From Dicyema japonicum (lineage: Eukaryota > Animalia > Dicyemida): 64,000 nt of DNA. Every line of letters starts with the position of its first letter. Positions within the stretch are counted from its first letter, which is position 1. Position numbers and translations under genes: made by a program. The notes under the pieces were generated by a model. The model was not told where the DNA came from. It worked only from the letters and a program-made list of their open reading frames with translations, and made no database searches. Below, piece by piece: positions 1 through 12,415 of this stretch. The stretch lies in NCBI GenBank assembly GCA_011109175.1, contig RDEW01000018.1, positions 78,895-142,894 on the forward strand, read 5' to 3'.

Positions 1-1800
1 AACCCAAGGCCGCAACTAACGATTCTACAGCTTAACATCTATGGAATTAGAGGAAAAATTCTCGAACTACGCACTTACCTAAATAAACAAAATGTGGATG
101 TGGCAGCAATTCAAAAGACCATATCGACGCCTACCTCAACTACTCTTCCTTTACTTGGATACAACTGCATCCGCTTGGATCGGTTTAACCGGAAAGGCTG
201 AGGTCTCATGTTCATCATTAAGAACGGGTTACTGCATACTGACATCACAGATGACCTCAAATCTTTGACCCAAGATGATGTTGCAGAAATAACAGGTATC
301 TCGATTCCCACCGTCATTGGAAAAGTTAACATTGCTAATATTTATGTTCCACCTCCCCCATCCTGCATCACCCAGACCTCTCGAAGTTGAACAATCTAAG
401 GAATCTGATTATCTGTGGAGATTTAAATGCCAAACACCCAACTTGGCTAAAATCACAACGGGCTGACTCCAGAGGGTGGTCCCTACTTGAACAACTCTCG
501 CCAATGTCGATCCTCAACAATCCGAAGACCCAAACGAGGACGCCTTACAAGGATAATGAAGGTTATACCTCTCCGGACCTTACACTTTGCACCACTAACC
601 TAACTTCAACCATTTCATGGTCTGTCGACTATGACCTCAACTCCGATCACAACCCAATCATCATCGGAATCAAGAAAGCCATTCCTCCCAGGAAGAAAAC
701 TACGTCATTCTTCAACTATAAGAACGCAAACTGGAGAGATTATTCAACTTTCACAGACATAATGCTACACACTTCGACACCAATTTATTCAAATCTATTG
801 ATGGAGCTGTGAAATTCCTAAATAACGTGATCAGAAGAAAACTATTTATCCCAAGATGCTCCTTCAGGCGGTACAACAATAAACTAGATCAAGAAACTAG
901 AGCCCTCATCAAAGAAAGGAATCAGCTTAAAAGGAATCTTCCACCTTTCCCCGGGAGGAGAAGCCAAATCAAGAGCCTCAACGACGCAGTTGCACAGAGG
1001 TTGAAATCATTTCAAAGGAATGAATGGGAAAGCAGAATCAGAAGTCTTTGCAAACATAAATCTACTCATTACATGTGGAAGACCATTAAAAAGCTCGGAC
1101 CATATACAAAACCAATAACACAGGTCAGCCAAATGTCCAAGAACTAAACAACCCTAATGAAGTTTTATGTCGGAATCAGCCACAAGAAATTCCTGAAAAC
1201 CAGCCATTCCTTTACGTCCACGAAGCCAAAAAGGTCTTCTTCATTATATTGCTTATCACACTCCGATATTTTGAATGAAATCAAAAATACAAAATCTTCC
1301 CTCTCCTGCGGTCCTGATCTGATTTCGGCTATTCTGCTCAAACATCTTGGCCCAATTGGAATAGAAGCGCTCCGGAACATCTTTAACTTTTTCAATAAAC
1401 CATAACCAAATTCCAGACATTTGGAAAAAGTCCAACATACGCCCAATTCTCAAGCCGGGAAGGCCGAAGAACGACCCCTCATCGTACCGACTCATTGCAC
1501 TATTATGCTCATCTCGAAGCTCATGGAAAACTCGTTTTACGCATCATTTACCCCGCCCTTCCCCTTGCACATCTCCAAATGGTTTCAGGAGAGACCGATC
1601 TACATCAACACCCTCACCTCATTGAATCAGTTCATTATTGAAGGCTTTTCTGCAAAACCACATCTAAAATCTGTTTTATGCTGGCTCGACCTGCAAAAGG
1701 CCTTTGATTCTGTATCCAGAAAAATTCTCACTCAAAAAAATTTTAGACTATCCATCAATAATATGGCATTACCTAAATATTTTCTGAATTTGCTATAAAG
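1..1800 (+). mobile_element. Degenerate Ingi/Vingi-like LINE, APE plus N-terminal RT, 3'-truncated
   Basis: Frame 1 starts NPRPQLTILQLNIYGIRGKILELR (APE start after an eroded 2A NPGP). ORFs 387-812 carry GDLNAKH and SDHNPI; 1421-1798 carries LDLQKAFDSV. Several frameshifts. Confidence 0.85.
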
Positions 1801-2149
1801 TAACCTTATATCTCGGTTCTTTTCCTTGGGGATTTAACATCTCTACTTTACTCCGAGATTTTACTTTTCTATTTTCCTTGGGATTTAACTTCTCTCTATT
1901 TTGTTTCTCTTGAGACAAAACTTAGTGTTGTTAATGTTTTCAAGTGATAAATTTGTCTTATCAACCCGGACAGTATCAACGCCTCGGGTTCTTATGACAT
2001 ACGACAATAAATAATAATCATCCGGCTGACTGTTAACCAGCTAATTATTAAGAGGACACGTTTGTTAGGCCGCCTATTGTTAGTTAGTCATTAACCCCGA
2101 CCTCACTACCTTGAGGAGACTGGCCGTCCTCAGGCGTCCAGTAGCTAGT

Positions 2150-2486
2150 ATTTATATTTTTATTTATATTTATTAACCACGGATACACCGAGAAAGAAGT
2201 TAAAGTAAATAATTAATTAAGTTTATCCAGTTTCCACTTCTACAGAACAGAGTCCATCCGGAATCAACTTAAAAGATAAGACGTCCATTACATGCAGTTG
2301 TGGAAACCCCTCCAGTGGAGTGGGGGAGAGCAAATGATTTTTTTTCGTCCCGGCCTGACACTGGGCGCCACCTAGACAGGTGGATCACATGACGCCACTC
2401 TAATAGGAAGAGAGAGGAGGAACAGACAAGCAAGCAGAAAACTTCAACCAATAACCACATGGCGCCACGCGGCGGTATTTTTTTAA
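2150..2486 (-). mobile_element. Non-coding SINE-like retroposon, copy 1, with 13-bp TSD
   Basis: TCCAGTAGCTAGT at 2137-2149 and 2487-2499. AT-rich tail at the low-coordinate end. Homologous to 46584-46897. Confidence 0.85.
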
Positions 2487-2602
2487 TCCAGTAGCTAGTG
2501 CTTGCCACATGTCTCTGATGTTCTTATAATTGATAAGATCATTTATATTGATATTTTAATATATAAAATTCAAATAATATAATTAAACAGTTTATAAAAA
2601 TA

Positions 2603-3411
2603 ATGTTTAGTGGAGTGTTATCAAAAGTACTAAAATATAGGAAAATTTATACAAAACACTCAAAAATTGATGGTTATCTATATTTATTATTGTCTAGAAA
2701 TAAAATTCGCAATTTTGGAACAATCAGTAAAACTTGTCCCCGAATACGGATGGACTCGTTACAACTTAATTAAGAGTTTATTGGCTAATGATAGATTAGG
2801 CTGCAACATACTGGGATATCCATGCTCCTCTCTTTCTGTACTTTTTAAAGAAGGCCCAGTCAGCATTGCTTATTTTTTCCACAATAAATGCGCTACTCGT
2901 ATACTAGATCTGGTCACCAAACAAGACAAAATGTTTAATTTTTTTAACTATAATTAAAATTTTTATTAAAAAATAGAAAAAATGTTTCATCAAATGAAAT
3001 AATAAAAAATATTATAAAAACAAAATATGAGGAAACTGATGATTGGCCGGCAGCTTTATCATTGATGTGTCTCCCAAAAAATATTCAGACAACAAATGAT
3101 GTATTTTTTAAGTTAGTTAGCAATATTCACTCCCTTACTGGTAAATCTGGATCGGTATTTCATTCAGGTTATTTTTGCAGAATTTGGAGTTTCTCAGAAT
3201 TGCAGGATTATTTGTCGCGGCTGAACTAAGAGTGGCAGGGCAGGAAAAACCAGAATTTGATGAATTAGAGGACGTGTTATTTAAATTGGGTGGTGGAGAT
3301 TTTGAACAATGTTTTAAAGTTGGAAATTGGTATATTGTATAAATATATTAGATGGCTCTGACTCTTAGAGATTTGGTTAGTTAGATAATAATTTTGTTAT
3401 AGAATATATAA
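2603..3411 (+). CDS. COQ9: Ubiquinone biosynthesis protein COQ9, multi-exon
   Basis: Spliced translation gives ILEQSVKLVPEYGWT, DDWPAALSLMCLPKNI and AAELRVAGQEKPEFDE, matching COQ9 motifs (VPAHGWT, HWPRALSILMLPHNI, TTELVMMQDSSPDFED). Introns at 2673-2697, 2776-2799, 2933-2976 and a 26-nt one near 3150-3180. The last two introns and the stop (3384 or 3411) are ambiguous. Confidence 0.85.
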
Positions 3412-3489
3412 AATATCCATTAATTTTTATCTTTATTTTTTAAAGGACAACAATCGAGGAAACCGAAACCAATTTATTCAACAGCAAAT

Positions 3490-3850
3490 AAGGAGTGAGT
3501 TTAAGTGATATTTAAACGTGTCCTCCTATATGGCCTGGACACTTCCGATGGACCCCATCTCCATTTAGTCTGTTCCTATCGTCGGATCCCATCGATCCTT
3601 TTCTCTACAATATATTTGACCGGTGTTAGATTCTTGTCTTCATCGGTAGCGTTTGGCATGCTGGGTTGTTGAAAACTTTGTCAAATTTTAATGTTGGGAG
3701 CAAAGCTCTAGTGTGGATGAAGGATTTTCTTTGGTAGAGAATCTTTTATACGTGTTGGAGATCATACATCGAAGAAAATTTTGTTAAAAAGAGGGGTTCC
3801 ACAAGGGTCTGTCTTAAGTCCCCTTTTATTGAATTGCGTTATGTGTGACA
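3490..3850 (-). mobile_element. LINE 3' end plus RT fragment
   Basis: 3490-3630 is homologous to 6960-7100, including the GTGTCC/GGACAC hairpin. An RT piece (GVPQGSVLSPLL) lies at about 3790-3830 on the plus strand. Confidence 0.7.
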
Positions 3851-3989
3851 TCCCGAAGTTTATTATTATTATAAGCAACTACATAGAATCATATAAACTA
3901 TAATTCTATTCGTGCCGCGTCTGAACAATCCTCTTAATTAGCCTTTCCCATCCCCTCCTGTCCGATGCCAAGTGCCGCAGACTACTAAG

Positions 3990-4780
3990 GTCTTCACCGT
4001 CCTTTAGTAGTCTGGTTACTGACTGCTATGGGGTCCGAAGTTTGAACACCTAAATTCGAAAATGTTAATATATGCCGATGATATTCTTTTGCTCGATCTT
4101 AGTATTAATAGATCGATTTCCTGGAAACGTGTTTCGACACATGCCGAAATAATTAAATGCTGGTGCCGAGACAAAGGTTTATCTTTATCTCTTGAAAAAT
4201 GTACTGCTTCATGGATTGTGAATTTCAAGAACAAATCAAAGATTTGTATTGATACTGGAGCGATCAAATGCATGGAGCAGTTACAATATCTTGGTGTTTG
4301 TGTGAACTCGAAGGGTTCCTTCATTAATTATATCAAAAAAGAAGAAAAAAGCTACGGCGATGTTGAAATCGATTCTACGTTTTCAATTGAGTCCGGAAAC
4401 TTTTCTTTATGTGTATACAGCTTGTATAGAACCATTCTTGATTTATGGCTTCCAAGGATGGTTTGAAAGTGATGAGAGAAGTACTATTGTAGAGCTTCTC
4501 GATAAATCGAGGAGATATGCTATTAAACTGGCATATGGACTTGATTTAAAGTCTAAATTACCGCCAAGTGATGAGAGACGTGCAAGATCCATTGAGGAAA
4601 TATTGCACCACTTGAAAAAATAATTCTTGTTGGATGCAAGGGGTCAATAATTCAGAGGAGACATATGGTTGTCTCGTTAAACCAGACCCCATCAACCAGG
4701 ACAAACTCGTTGGCTTCTCCCTTTTTAATTAGTTTTTAAGTAGTAACGAGTTTGCTACGTTAATAAAGTATCTATCTATC
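3990..4780 (+). mobile_element. 5'-truncated APE-type LINE, RT C-terminus and 3' UTR
   Basis: IYADDILL motif, LQYLGV, and YAIKLAYGLDL shared with 8154-8354. Short (TATC)n tail near 4770. Confidence 0.8.
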
Positions 4781-4799
4781 TAAATAAGTTCAACTTGTG

Positions 4800-5390
4800 A
4801 GTGTCTTAAGACTATTCGTTTAATTTCGAGCAAAAAAATCGATATAGCAGGTAGCGCATAGTTGCAAGTAGCGCTCGCGACATAATAACTTTTGGCTCAC
4901 GTATCTGTAGAGCAATGTGGTTCCAGTACCAGCTTCTGCACCTTCGACCCATGGAATTTCTATAGAATTGTGTCCCTGTAGCATTGTGGTGTTGGTCTTT
5001 TTCACCTTGGTCTTGTTGACCACCAAGATGTCAATCTTAGTAGACGATAGTAGTAGTGCCAGGTCATGACGCCTCTTCTTTAGAGATCAGACGTTCACCA
5101 GCACTATCTACTGGTTTCTTTTCAATTTTCTTGTTGGTGGCCCGGGCTCTCCATGGGCAGGTCCACCATACTTAGTAAACCCACCCAGAGTATGCCGCTT
5201 TGCTCCTTCAGTCTTGATATTATTTCTTTTAGTTCTTTTGTAATTCTCTCTTATAACTTTTCTTTTGGTAGCCAGGCCGACTCCCGTGGAAAAGGAGCAG
5301 CTACGTACTGCTTAGTCTTTAGGGCGAGGAACTCGATTTTTATCATAGTGCCCCAATAAGCGAGGTAAAAAAAATTTTTTTAAGCACTCC
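4800..5390 (-). mobile_element. LINE fragment, APE N-terminus
   Basis: KIDILVVNKTK...AGTGTTLLYR resembles the APE at 8237-8722 (DVLINETK...AGTGTSINY). Confidence 0.6.
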
Positions 5391-5394
5391 CGGG

Positions 5395-6895
5395 AAATCA
5401 AAAATTAATTAGATTAATTAAGTTCCCCTTGTGCCACGTCCAGTATCCTCCCACACATCCTCTTCCATGTTCCCCTGTTCCGGGCCATTGCTCGTAGTGA
5501 GTCAAGATCTTCACCATTTCGTAGAGTTTTGTTTATTCTGATTAGGTCATCATTTAGTACTGAAGGCAACGTCACTCTAGGCCTGCGACGGAATGATCCC
5601 TTCAGTTGTGCGAAATAGTTTTCCATTGCAATGTTTGGTAAAGTCAACATATCCATTCGTAAGATGTGACCAAAAAGTCTCCACCTAGCCTTGAGAGTCT
5701 CTTCTGCTAATGACCTTAAGCCACATCTTTTGTACAGTTCTGAATTTGATATCTTTTTCGGGAAATGTATTCTCAAGATGTTTCTTAGTTGATTTCTATG
5801 AAATTGATCCAGATTGTCCATTTCACGTTTTGTAATCCCCCATGTCCCACAGTTGTATGTCAGGACTGGAACCACGAATGTTTTATACAATTTTAGATTT
5901 GTATTCGTAGTTATGCTCTTCTTAGAACGCCAGATAGTTAAGAATTTTTATATGCAGCAGTGGAAAGGATTTTTCTGTGGGTAACATCTTCTGAATCTCC
6001 AAGTAGTGAACCAACTTTTTTATGCCTTCTCCATGATTATCGTAAGTGCGTACAACTCGTACAAGTTTTGAATATCATATTGCTCCTGCTTTTTATTGGA
6101 AGGTGTTTTCATTTGGTTATGGACTTTGTATAGTCCAATGCGGGTAACAACAATTTTATGATCACTATTTGTCTCTAATCTTCCATATGACCTGGAGTCT
6201 ACGAGGAGATGTTTGTGACCTCGTCTGCATAGTATGTAGTCAATTTGATTATATATTTTTATGTAATTTCCTTGCAAATCCTTCCTAGTTCCAGTCCACG
6301 TCGTTTTGTGTCTCGCTGGGTGACGGAATGCCGTATTGCACAAAAACAGATCCAAGGAAGTGCAAAAGTAGATTAATGCCATCCCGGGCGTGTTTCGCCG
6401 ATTTCTTCCATGAGATCCGATACAAGTTTCTCCAGATCTGGCTTTTCCTGCTTTGGCATTCCAGTCCCCGGCAATTAAGCAAAAATATGAGAACTGAGAG
6501 TGTTGTAAACCCTTATGAGGGCGGAGTAGAATTCGTCTAGTTCTTCTGGATTGGCAGATGCCCTGATTCAAGGAGCGTATATGTTGATGATTGTCACTGT
6601 AGAGTTTGGTTTGCTACTCCACCGGATTTGCAGTACCGCAATCCTGTCTGTAACGACCCACATCCGAGATATACGACTATACAATGTGTGATGAATAGCA
6701 AATCCAAGTCCATAGTGACGACACGTTGTTGGAAGGGTAATCAAATAATAATTTCCCACCCGCATGCATGTGTAGTCAGTTATTTTTGTTTCCTGTAGGC
6801 AGCATACTGATACCTTATAGTAATCCAAATCACGTGAGAGCTGAAGCTTCTTGTATGTTGGATTGAGTCCTCTTACATTCAGGGTAACAAACAGA
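5395..6895 (-). mobile_element. RTE-like LINE, internally deleted (APE joined to RT C-terminus)
   Basis: TLNVRGL, CCLQETK, AGDWNAK, NQIDYI and SDHKIV are followed near 6020 directly by KVGSLLGDSE and RWRLFGHILRM. Confidence 0.9.
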
Positions 6896-6924
6896 AAAAG
6901 GGCAGTTAGATATTATACGTGAAC

Positions 6925-8030
6925 CAAACCAAACCAAATTTATTCCAAAGTAAGTAAGTAAGGAGTTATTTTTAGGATATTTAAACGTGTCCGCCTATGC
7001 GGCCTGGACACTTCCGATGTATCCACACTCCATTTAGTTATCTCCTTTTCGTCGGATCCCATTGATTCTTTTCTCTACGATGTTTTTAACAGGAGTTAGA
7101 ATCATGTATTCTTCAGTACTGAGAGCATCCCAGAGCCTTTTCTCTAAAGCCAACTTTATTGCCGACCTTCTGGTTTTTTCCATGAGAAACATTATTCTTT
7201 CTCTTTGGCAAGAGAAAAACCATGCTTCGCATCCATATAGCAGTTCCGGTAGGATGATCCTCATGAAGATGAACAAGAAGGTTTCCAGGCTTACAAAACT
7301 TTCTCGTACATAAGAGTGCTTGAAGCGCCTTCTTCCTTCTTCGTCTTATGTCCTCCATGAAGGAACCATTCCATCGATTGCTATCCCGAGGTAGCGCATT
7401 GAGTTTACTTTAGGAATCTCTAATGAGTAAGGCTGCTTCTGATGCCTCCTTAGGCGACTTACTCGTAGAGAGCTGGATTCTCCGTAGACAATCTCATCCC
7501 TCTTTTTGTGCACCAGTCCTGAACTTGTCCAATGAATGACATGATTCTTTTCTCCGAAAGAGTTGATTTGCCAGATGTATCTGTGATCAGAATATCATCG
7601 GCGTATATCAATAGTCTTGTGTTTATATCCGGTGGAGTTGGAAAATCAGATGGAATATGTTGAATAGCAGAGGGCTCAGGACGGAACCCTGAGGAACTCC
7701 CCTCTTCAGTATGATGTCTTTCGACATATGTGCTCCAACACGTACTTGGGAAATCCGTCCTGTTAGGAAATCATTTATCCATATGAGAAGTTTCTTTTGG
7801 ATCTGAGCAGCTGCTAGCCTTGATAGGAGTGCTTCATGCCACACACTATCGAAAGCCTTGGACAGATCCAAACATACCAGGTTGACTAGTCTTTTGACTT
7901 CCAGACCTCTCAATACCGTTGAATGCATCTGGTAGATACAGTCCATGCATGATTTTCCAGGTCTGAAGCCCCATTGTTCTGCGAGGAGGAATTATTAGAC
8001 GTAGATAACAGATAACATAATTTATTCGCA
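6925..8030 (-). mobile_element. 5'-truncated APE-type LINE (RT to 3' end)
   Basis: LDLSKAFDSV, GVPQGSVLSPLLF, YADD and MRYLG motifs. Ends in (TTAC)n and (TTTGG)n repeats. Confidence 0.85.
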
Positions 8031-8034
8031 AAAC

Positions 8035-9190
8035 CCCAATTAACTAAACAAGGTAAGAGCCATTAACTAAAGAGGAAAGCCAAGATTTGGGGTCGTCTAT
8101 ATCGGGGCACTCTCATGAGACACCGTATGTCTCTTCTCCGTAAAAAGCCCCAATTACAATGCGAGTTTCCACAAGCAATGTAATAAATCACCGATTCTTC
8201 TCGTTTTTCTTTCGTATTCGTCATCAATTTCAGATGCTAAATCCAATCCATGTGCGAGTTTAATTGCATAATTTCGACTGAAGTTAAAATCTTTAACTCT
8301 CCAGACTTCATCCATTTTACAAGGCATTTTCCATCTTGATTGGTTGTTACACAACCATAGTCAGTGTGTTTAGCGTTCATGTCCCCAACAAGGATTGGAT
8401 ATTCATTGTTTTCCATAAATTTGTCAACAATCCATGGATACTCTCGTAGTTTTTTAGAATATATTCCTCCGATAGTTATCCATCTTATGGTTGTTTGTAG
8501 TTGAATGCTTGCTAGTTCACAAAGATTTTCTTCATTGATCGTGGGTAGTAATGTATTTAAAGAAGTTTTGTAGTTAATTGAAGTTCCTGTTCCAGCACAA
8601 GAACCAGTCTTCCGAAAAATATCTAATGAGTCGTATCCATCAATTTTAAATGGTCTTTTCTTCAATTTAGTTTCGTTTATTAGAACATCCATCTGGATCG
8701 TGCTGGCTAGAGCAACCAGCACTGAGGCCCGTTTGCGAAGAGAACGGGCATAAATCAGGCTAATCCTGACTATTTCTGGTTTTTTCGGTGGCTGTCCTCT
8801 CTTCTTAAGAGCACCACTCTCTTCTTTGTGTTGAAGCTTCTACTCTTTCTTTTTTAGAAGGTTTCTTATTATATGTCCTATTCCAGCCAGTTTTAATTTC
8901 TTATTCGTTCCAATTTTGGAAACTTCACTTTCTCCATTATGGGCATTTTCTCGTTTTAGAGATAATTTTCCATTCGATTCTTTCCTTTTTTGGTCAATTT
9001 TGTTTTTCTTCGCTATGTTTGCTTCCACAGCCTTGGGGCATCTTCCATAATTGGCAAAGTGACTGGATGAACCACAATTCAAACGAATTATTATTGTTTG
9101 TAACCGGACACTGCGATCTTGTATGTGAATCAGAACAAACAAAGCATCTTCCGACATATCTCCATTTGCTTTTATTTTATCCTCCATACA
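8035..9190 (-). mobile_element. Two-ORF LINE: ORF1 zinc-knuckle end and APE fused to the 3' terminus (internal deletion)
   Basis: NCGSSSHFANYGRCP knuckle in ORF 8840-9187; APE GDMNAKH; junction near 8280 to NYAIKLAHGLDL and the 3' UTR hairpin. Confidence 0.75.
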
Positions 9191-9229
9191 TTTTTATTGC
9201 ATTTTAAACAATAAACTAAAATTATTTAA

Positions 9230-12012
9230 TATTAATAAAAATTCTAACATTGTCTTTTCTTAATAAAATGTAAAAATTAAAATAAATCCAACAAAAAATT
9301 GTTTTTTTTCAGTTTTCCTGATAGGTTTTTTCGAAATTCGTAGTAGATTTTTAAACCTTGTAGACATGTACTAAGAATATTATCTTCTAGAGAATTTATG
9401 ATTTTTATGATTTCTTTAATTGATGATTTTTTGGATTCATATCCATCATAAGTGATTTTGTCCTGAATAATATTTGTCGAATCCATTATTATAACATCTG
9501 CTATCACGTCATTTATTAATTCTTCGTCCAACTGTAAATTTTCCAAAATTTTTGATCTGTTTTCGTTAATTTTCTGCCAGCAATTAATTATCGTTGTCTC
9601 TGGCATCATTTTCATCCCCGGCAACTGTAATGACTTGTCTAAGATTGATATTATTCAGATTCAAATCAGAGAGCTGTTCTTTCTCAAATATAAGGGTAAA
9701 ATCAAGTAGTTTATTGAAGTAGAGGGACTTGAAAGATTTTATTATTCCCATATCTAAGGGTTGAATTAAAGCGGTCGTATTTTTTGGAAGAAAAAGTAAA
9801 TCAACATTGGAATATTCTGCATTTCTGTAACAGCTCGCATTATCCAGTATTAAAACAATTTTTCTGTTTTCATATATCATATCTTGATTTACTTTCCATA
9901 ACCATTTCGCAAAAATATCACTAGTCATCCACGAATTTTTTGAGGCAGCATATAGTACTCCGTGATCCTTGGTGTTAAAATTTTTTAAACACCGAGGAGA
10001 TTTGAATTTTCCAATTAATAGAGGTTTTAACTTTTCACCAAGTGCATTACAACAAAGAAGGGAAACCTTCTCTTTACTCTTTTTAATTCATTGCATTTGT
10101 CATTAAATTGAACAAAAGATTTCGACGGCGTTCGCTTTATGTATAAAGCTGTTTCATCACAGTTGAAAATATTTTCACTTCCTACAGTTTCCAAACAGTT
10201 ATCATAATCAGGAAAAAAATTGGATACTGAAGAAAAGTCAGACGAATTCTTTTCTCCACTTATATTTTTGAATAGTAACTCGTGCCTTTTCTTGAACCGG
10301 TCGAGCCATCCATTTGATGCCTTAAATGATTCATAATTTATTTTTGTAGAAATTTTTTTTCCAATGAGTTTTAATATGGTTCCAGAAATTGGAAGAAATT
10401 CATTTCTTCAAAAACTAATCTATCTAGTGTAGACGATTTATCTTGTGTAGAAGATTAATTTTTTGGATCGCATGATTCCTTGTTTCGAGCACATTCAGTT
10501 AATCCCACGTCAAAATAATAAACCAAATTTTGTTTTAATGCGAGAAATAGTACCTGTAATTAATAATTATTTAAAAGATACCTTTGCTCGTTTTATACTT
10601 CTTAGCGAGATCTCTTTCTGAAAATTGACCATGTTTTATATCTTTAGCAATTTTAATTTTTGTTTCATAATTAATCTTTGAATTCTTTTTACGAACCATA
10701 CAAGAATCAAAATAAACACGTGAAATAATAGTATTATTTAATAATTAATTAATAAAATAACATTTGACATCGTGACATTTTCCTGTCACTGGATAAGACA
10801 TTGAGAAAATCAGCTGAATTGCTTCTAAACATCCACTTTGATGTGCCGAGTTGGAACCAATGCAAGCTTCCTACACGCCTCGGAGAACGGGTCTCAGGTC
10901 GGCGTTGGAGATCGCCTATCCAGCATATGTGTCATCGCTCTCAAGTGGAAGCCTTTTGGTCCAAGAAATCCTATGTTTTACAACCGGACTTTATTGGGAA
11001 AGAGTCTTCGACGAAGCTCGTCGCGAATGGTGTGAAACTGGTTTGGATATGCCGAACGATCCTTCGAGGCAACGTGACTGGGATGATATTTACTCCAAGA
11101 ATATCTTCGACGTGCTCAAGTCTGAGGCCAACCAGCGTCATCTTGCATGCCTCGTGTCCGCCGCCAACCATGGGAGCGGAGCGTGGCTAAATGCACTCTC
11201 GTGTTCCTCCCTGGGGACCCTTTTGGACGATGACTGTATTCGGATTGGGATCGCACAACGCCTCGGAGTTGATGTTTGCGTCGAACACCAATGTCGCTGT
11301 GATGGGATCGTCGATGCCAAAGGGCTGCACCCGCTCTCGTGCAAAAGGAGTGCGGGTAGAGCACCCCGCCATGCTGCTATAAACAACATTGTCATGCGAG
11401 CTCTTGAAGCGGCAGGCTTCCCGGCAGTACAGGAGCCTGTGGGATTGGACGGCGGAGATGGGAAAAGACCGGATGGGTTAACTATCTTTCCGTTCGCGGA
11501 AAATCGCTCGTATGGAACTGCACTGTTGTGGATTCTTTCTCGAACTCGATGATACTTAGCTCGACGCAGTCTCCTGGATCGCCACCCGATCTGGCCGAGA
11601 AAATCAAGATTAAAAAATATGGCGAAATTGGAAACCGCTACTGTTTTGTTCCGGTAGCAATCGAGACGTCTGGTGCGGCCGGAAGTATTACAGCCTCTTT
11701 CCTAAAGAAAATCGGGAAGAAATTGGCCCACCGCAAGAAAGACGTGCGGGATGCGATCTGGCTGAGGCAACGAATTGGTATGCGCAGTTGTCCGCGGAAA
11801 CGCTTACTCCGTGATGTCAGCAGCCGCTCTCCCCCATAGTTATAAATAATATTTTATTTTTAATTTAAAAAAATAACATTTTGTAATTAAATAAATTAAA
11901 TATGTGCCCCAAACCGGAGTCATCAAAAATAAATAATATAATGAAAATTGACAGTTTTCAAAAACTACCCGTTGACCACCCATGGGGTCTGCCCCAAATC
12001 GGGGTCGTACTG
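9230..12012 (-). mobile_element. Tigger/pogo DNA transposon (CENP-B HTH plus DDE_1), degenerate, with nested CRE insertion
   Basis: WMTSDIF, LILDNASC, LPKNTTALIQPLDMGII and FNCDETALY motifs. Terminus TA-CAGTACGACCCCG read on the minus strand at 12014-12000. The other TIR was not found. Confidence 0.85.
10766..11869 (+). mobile_element. 5'-truncated CRE-like RLE retrotransposon with 12-bp TSD
   Basis: GAWLNAL, CRC...HPLSC...RH and KRPDG motifs. AAAATAACATTT at 10754-10765 and 11870-11881. Confidence 0.9.
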
Positions 12013-12139
12013 TATTTGAAACGAACCACAGTCGCGATTCGTCAATTACAAAAATAAAATTAATCATTTTTTTAATTTTTTCATTAACCAAACTTATATA
12101 AAGTAATTTATCAAGGAAAAAAAAGTGACCAAATGGTCA

Positions 12140-12415
12140 TATAGCGGCTGCCCTGACTGCGTGGCTATTCCCTCTCAGGATGGTGAGCGAGATTCTCTCA
12201 AATAACGAGCAGCCCTCACTGGGGTTTCCTGATCGTGTAGAAATCCGATTCCCTAGCCAACTGAAGAATCTTAGCGTCTCAGGCGTATGGGAACCAGACG
12301 TCTCAACGGTGATCGGAACGAATAAAAAATCATTGGGTAGGACCGTGTACTTTGCCAGTTTTAACCTCTCGGCCCTCTCAGCGGCAGAACAGGCTCCAGA
12401 GGCACCAATCTTATT
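12140..12415 (-). mobile_element. CRE-like 3' fragment
   Basis: Minus strand reads KLAKY...FVPITVETSG...ERISLTILRGNSHAV. Confidence 0.8.

Noticed and set aside
5130-5165. GEPGP or ESPG before an APE as a 2A motif
   Set aside because: Lacks DxExN and is not conserved in the related copy near 8790.
10770-10792. CAGTGACAGG as a Tigger TIR
   Set aside because: Lies inside the TSD-bounded CRE insertion and translates as CRE RT (DIFLSLDKTL).
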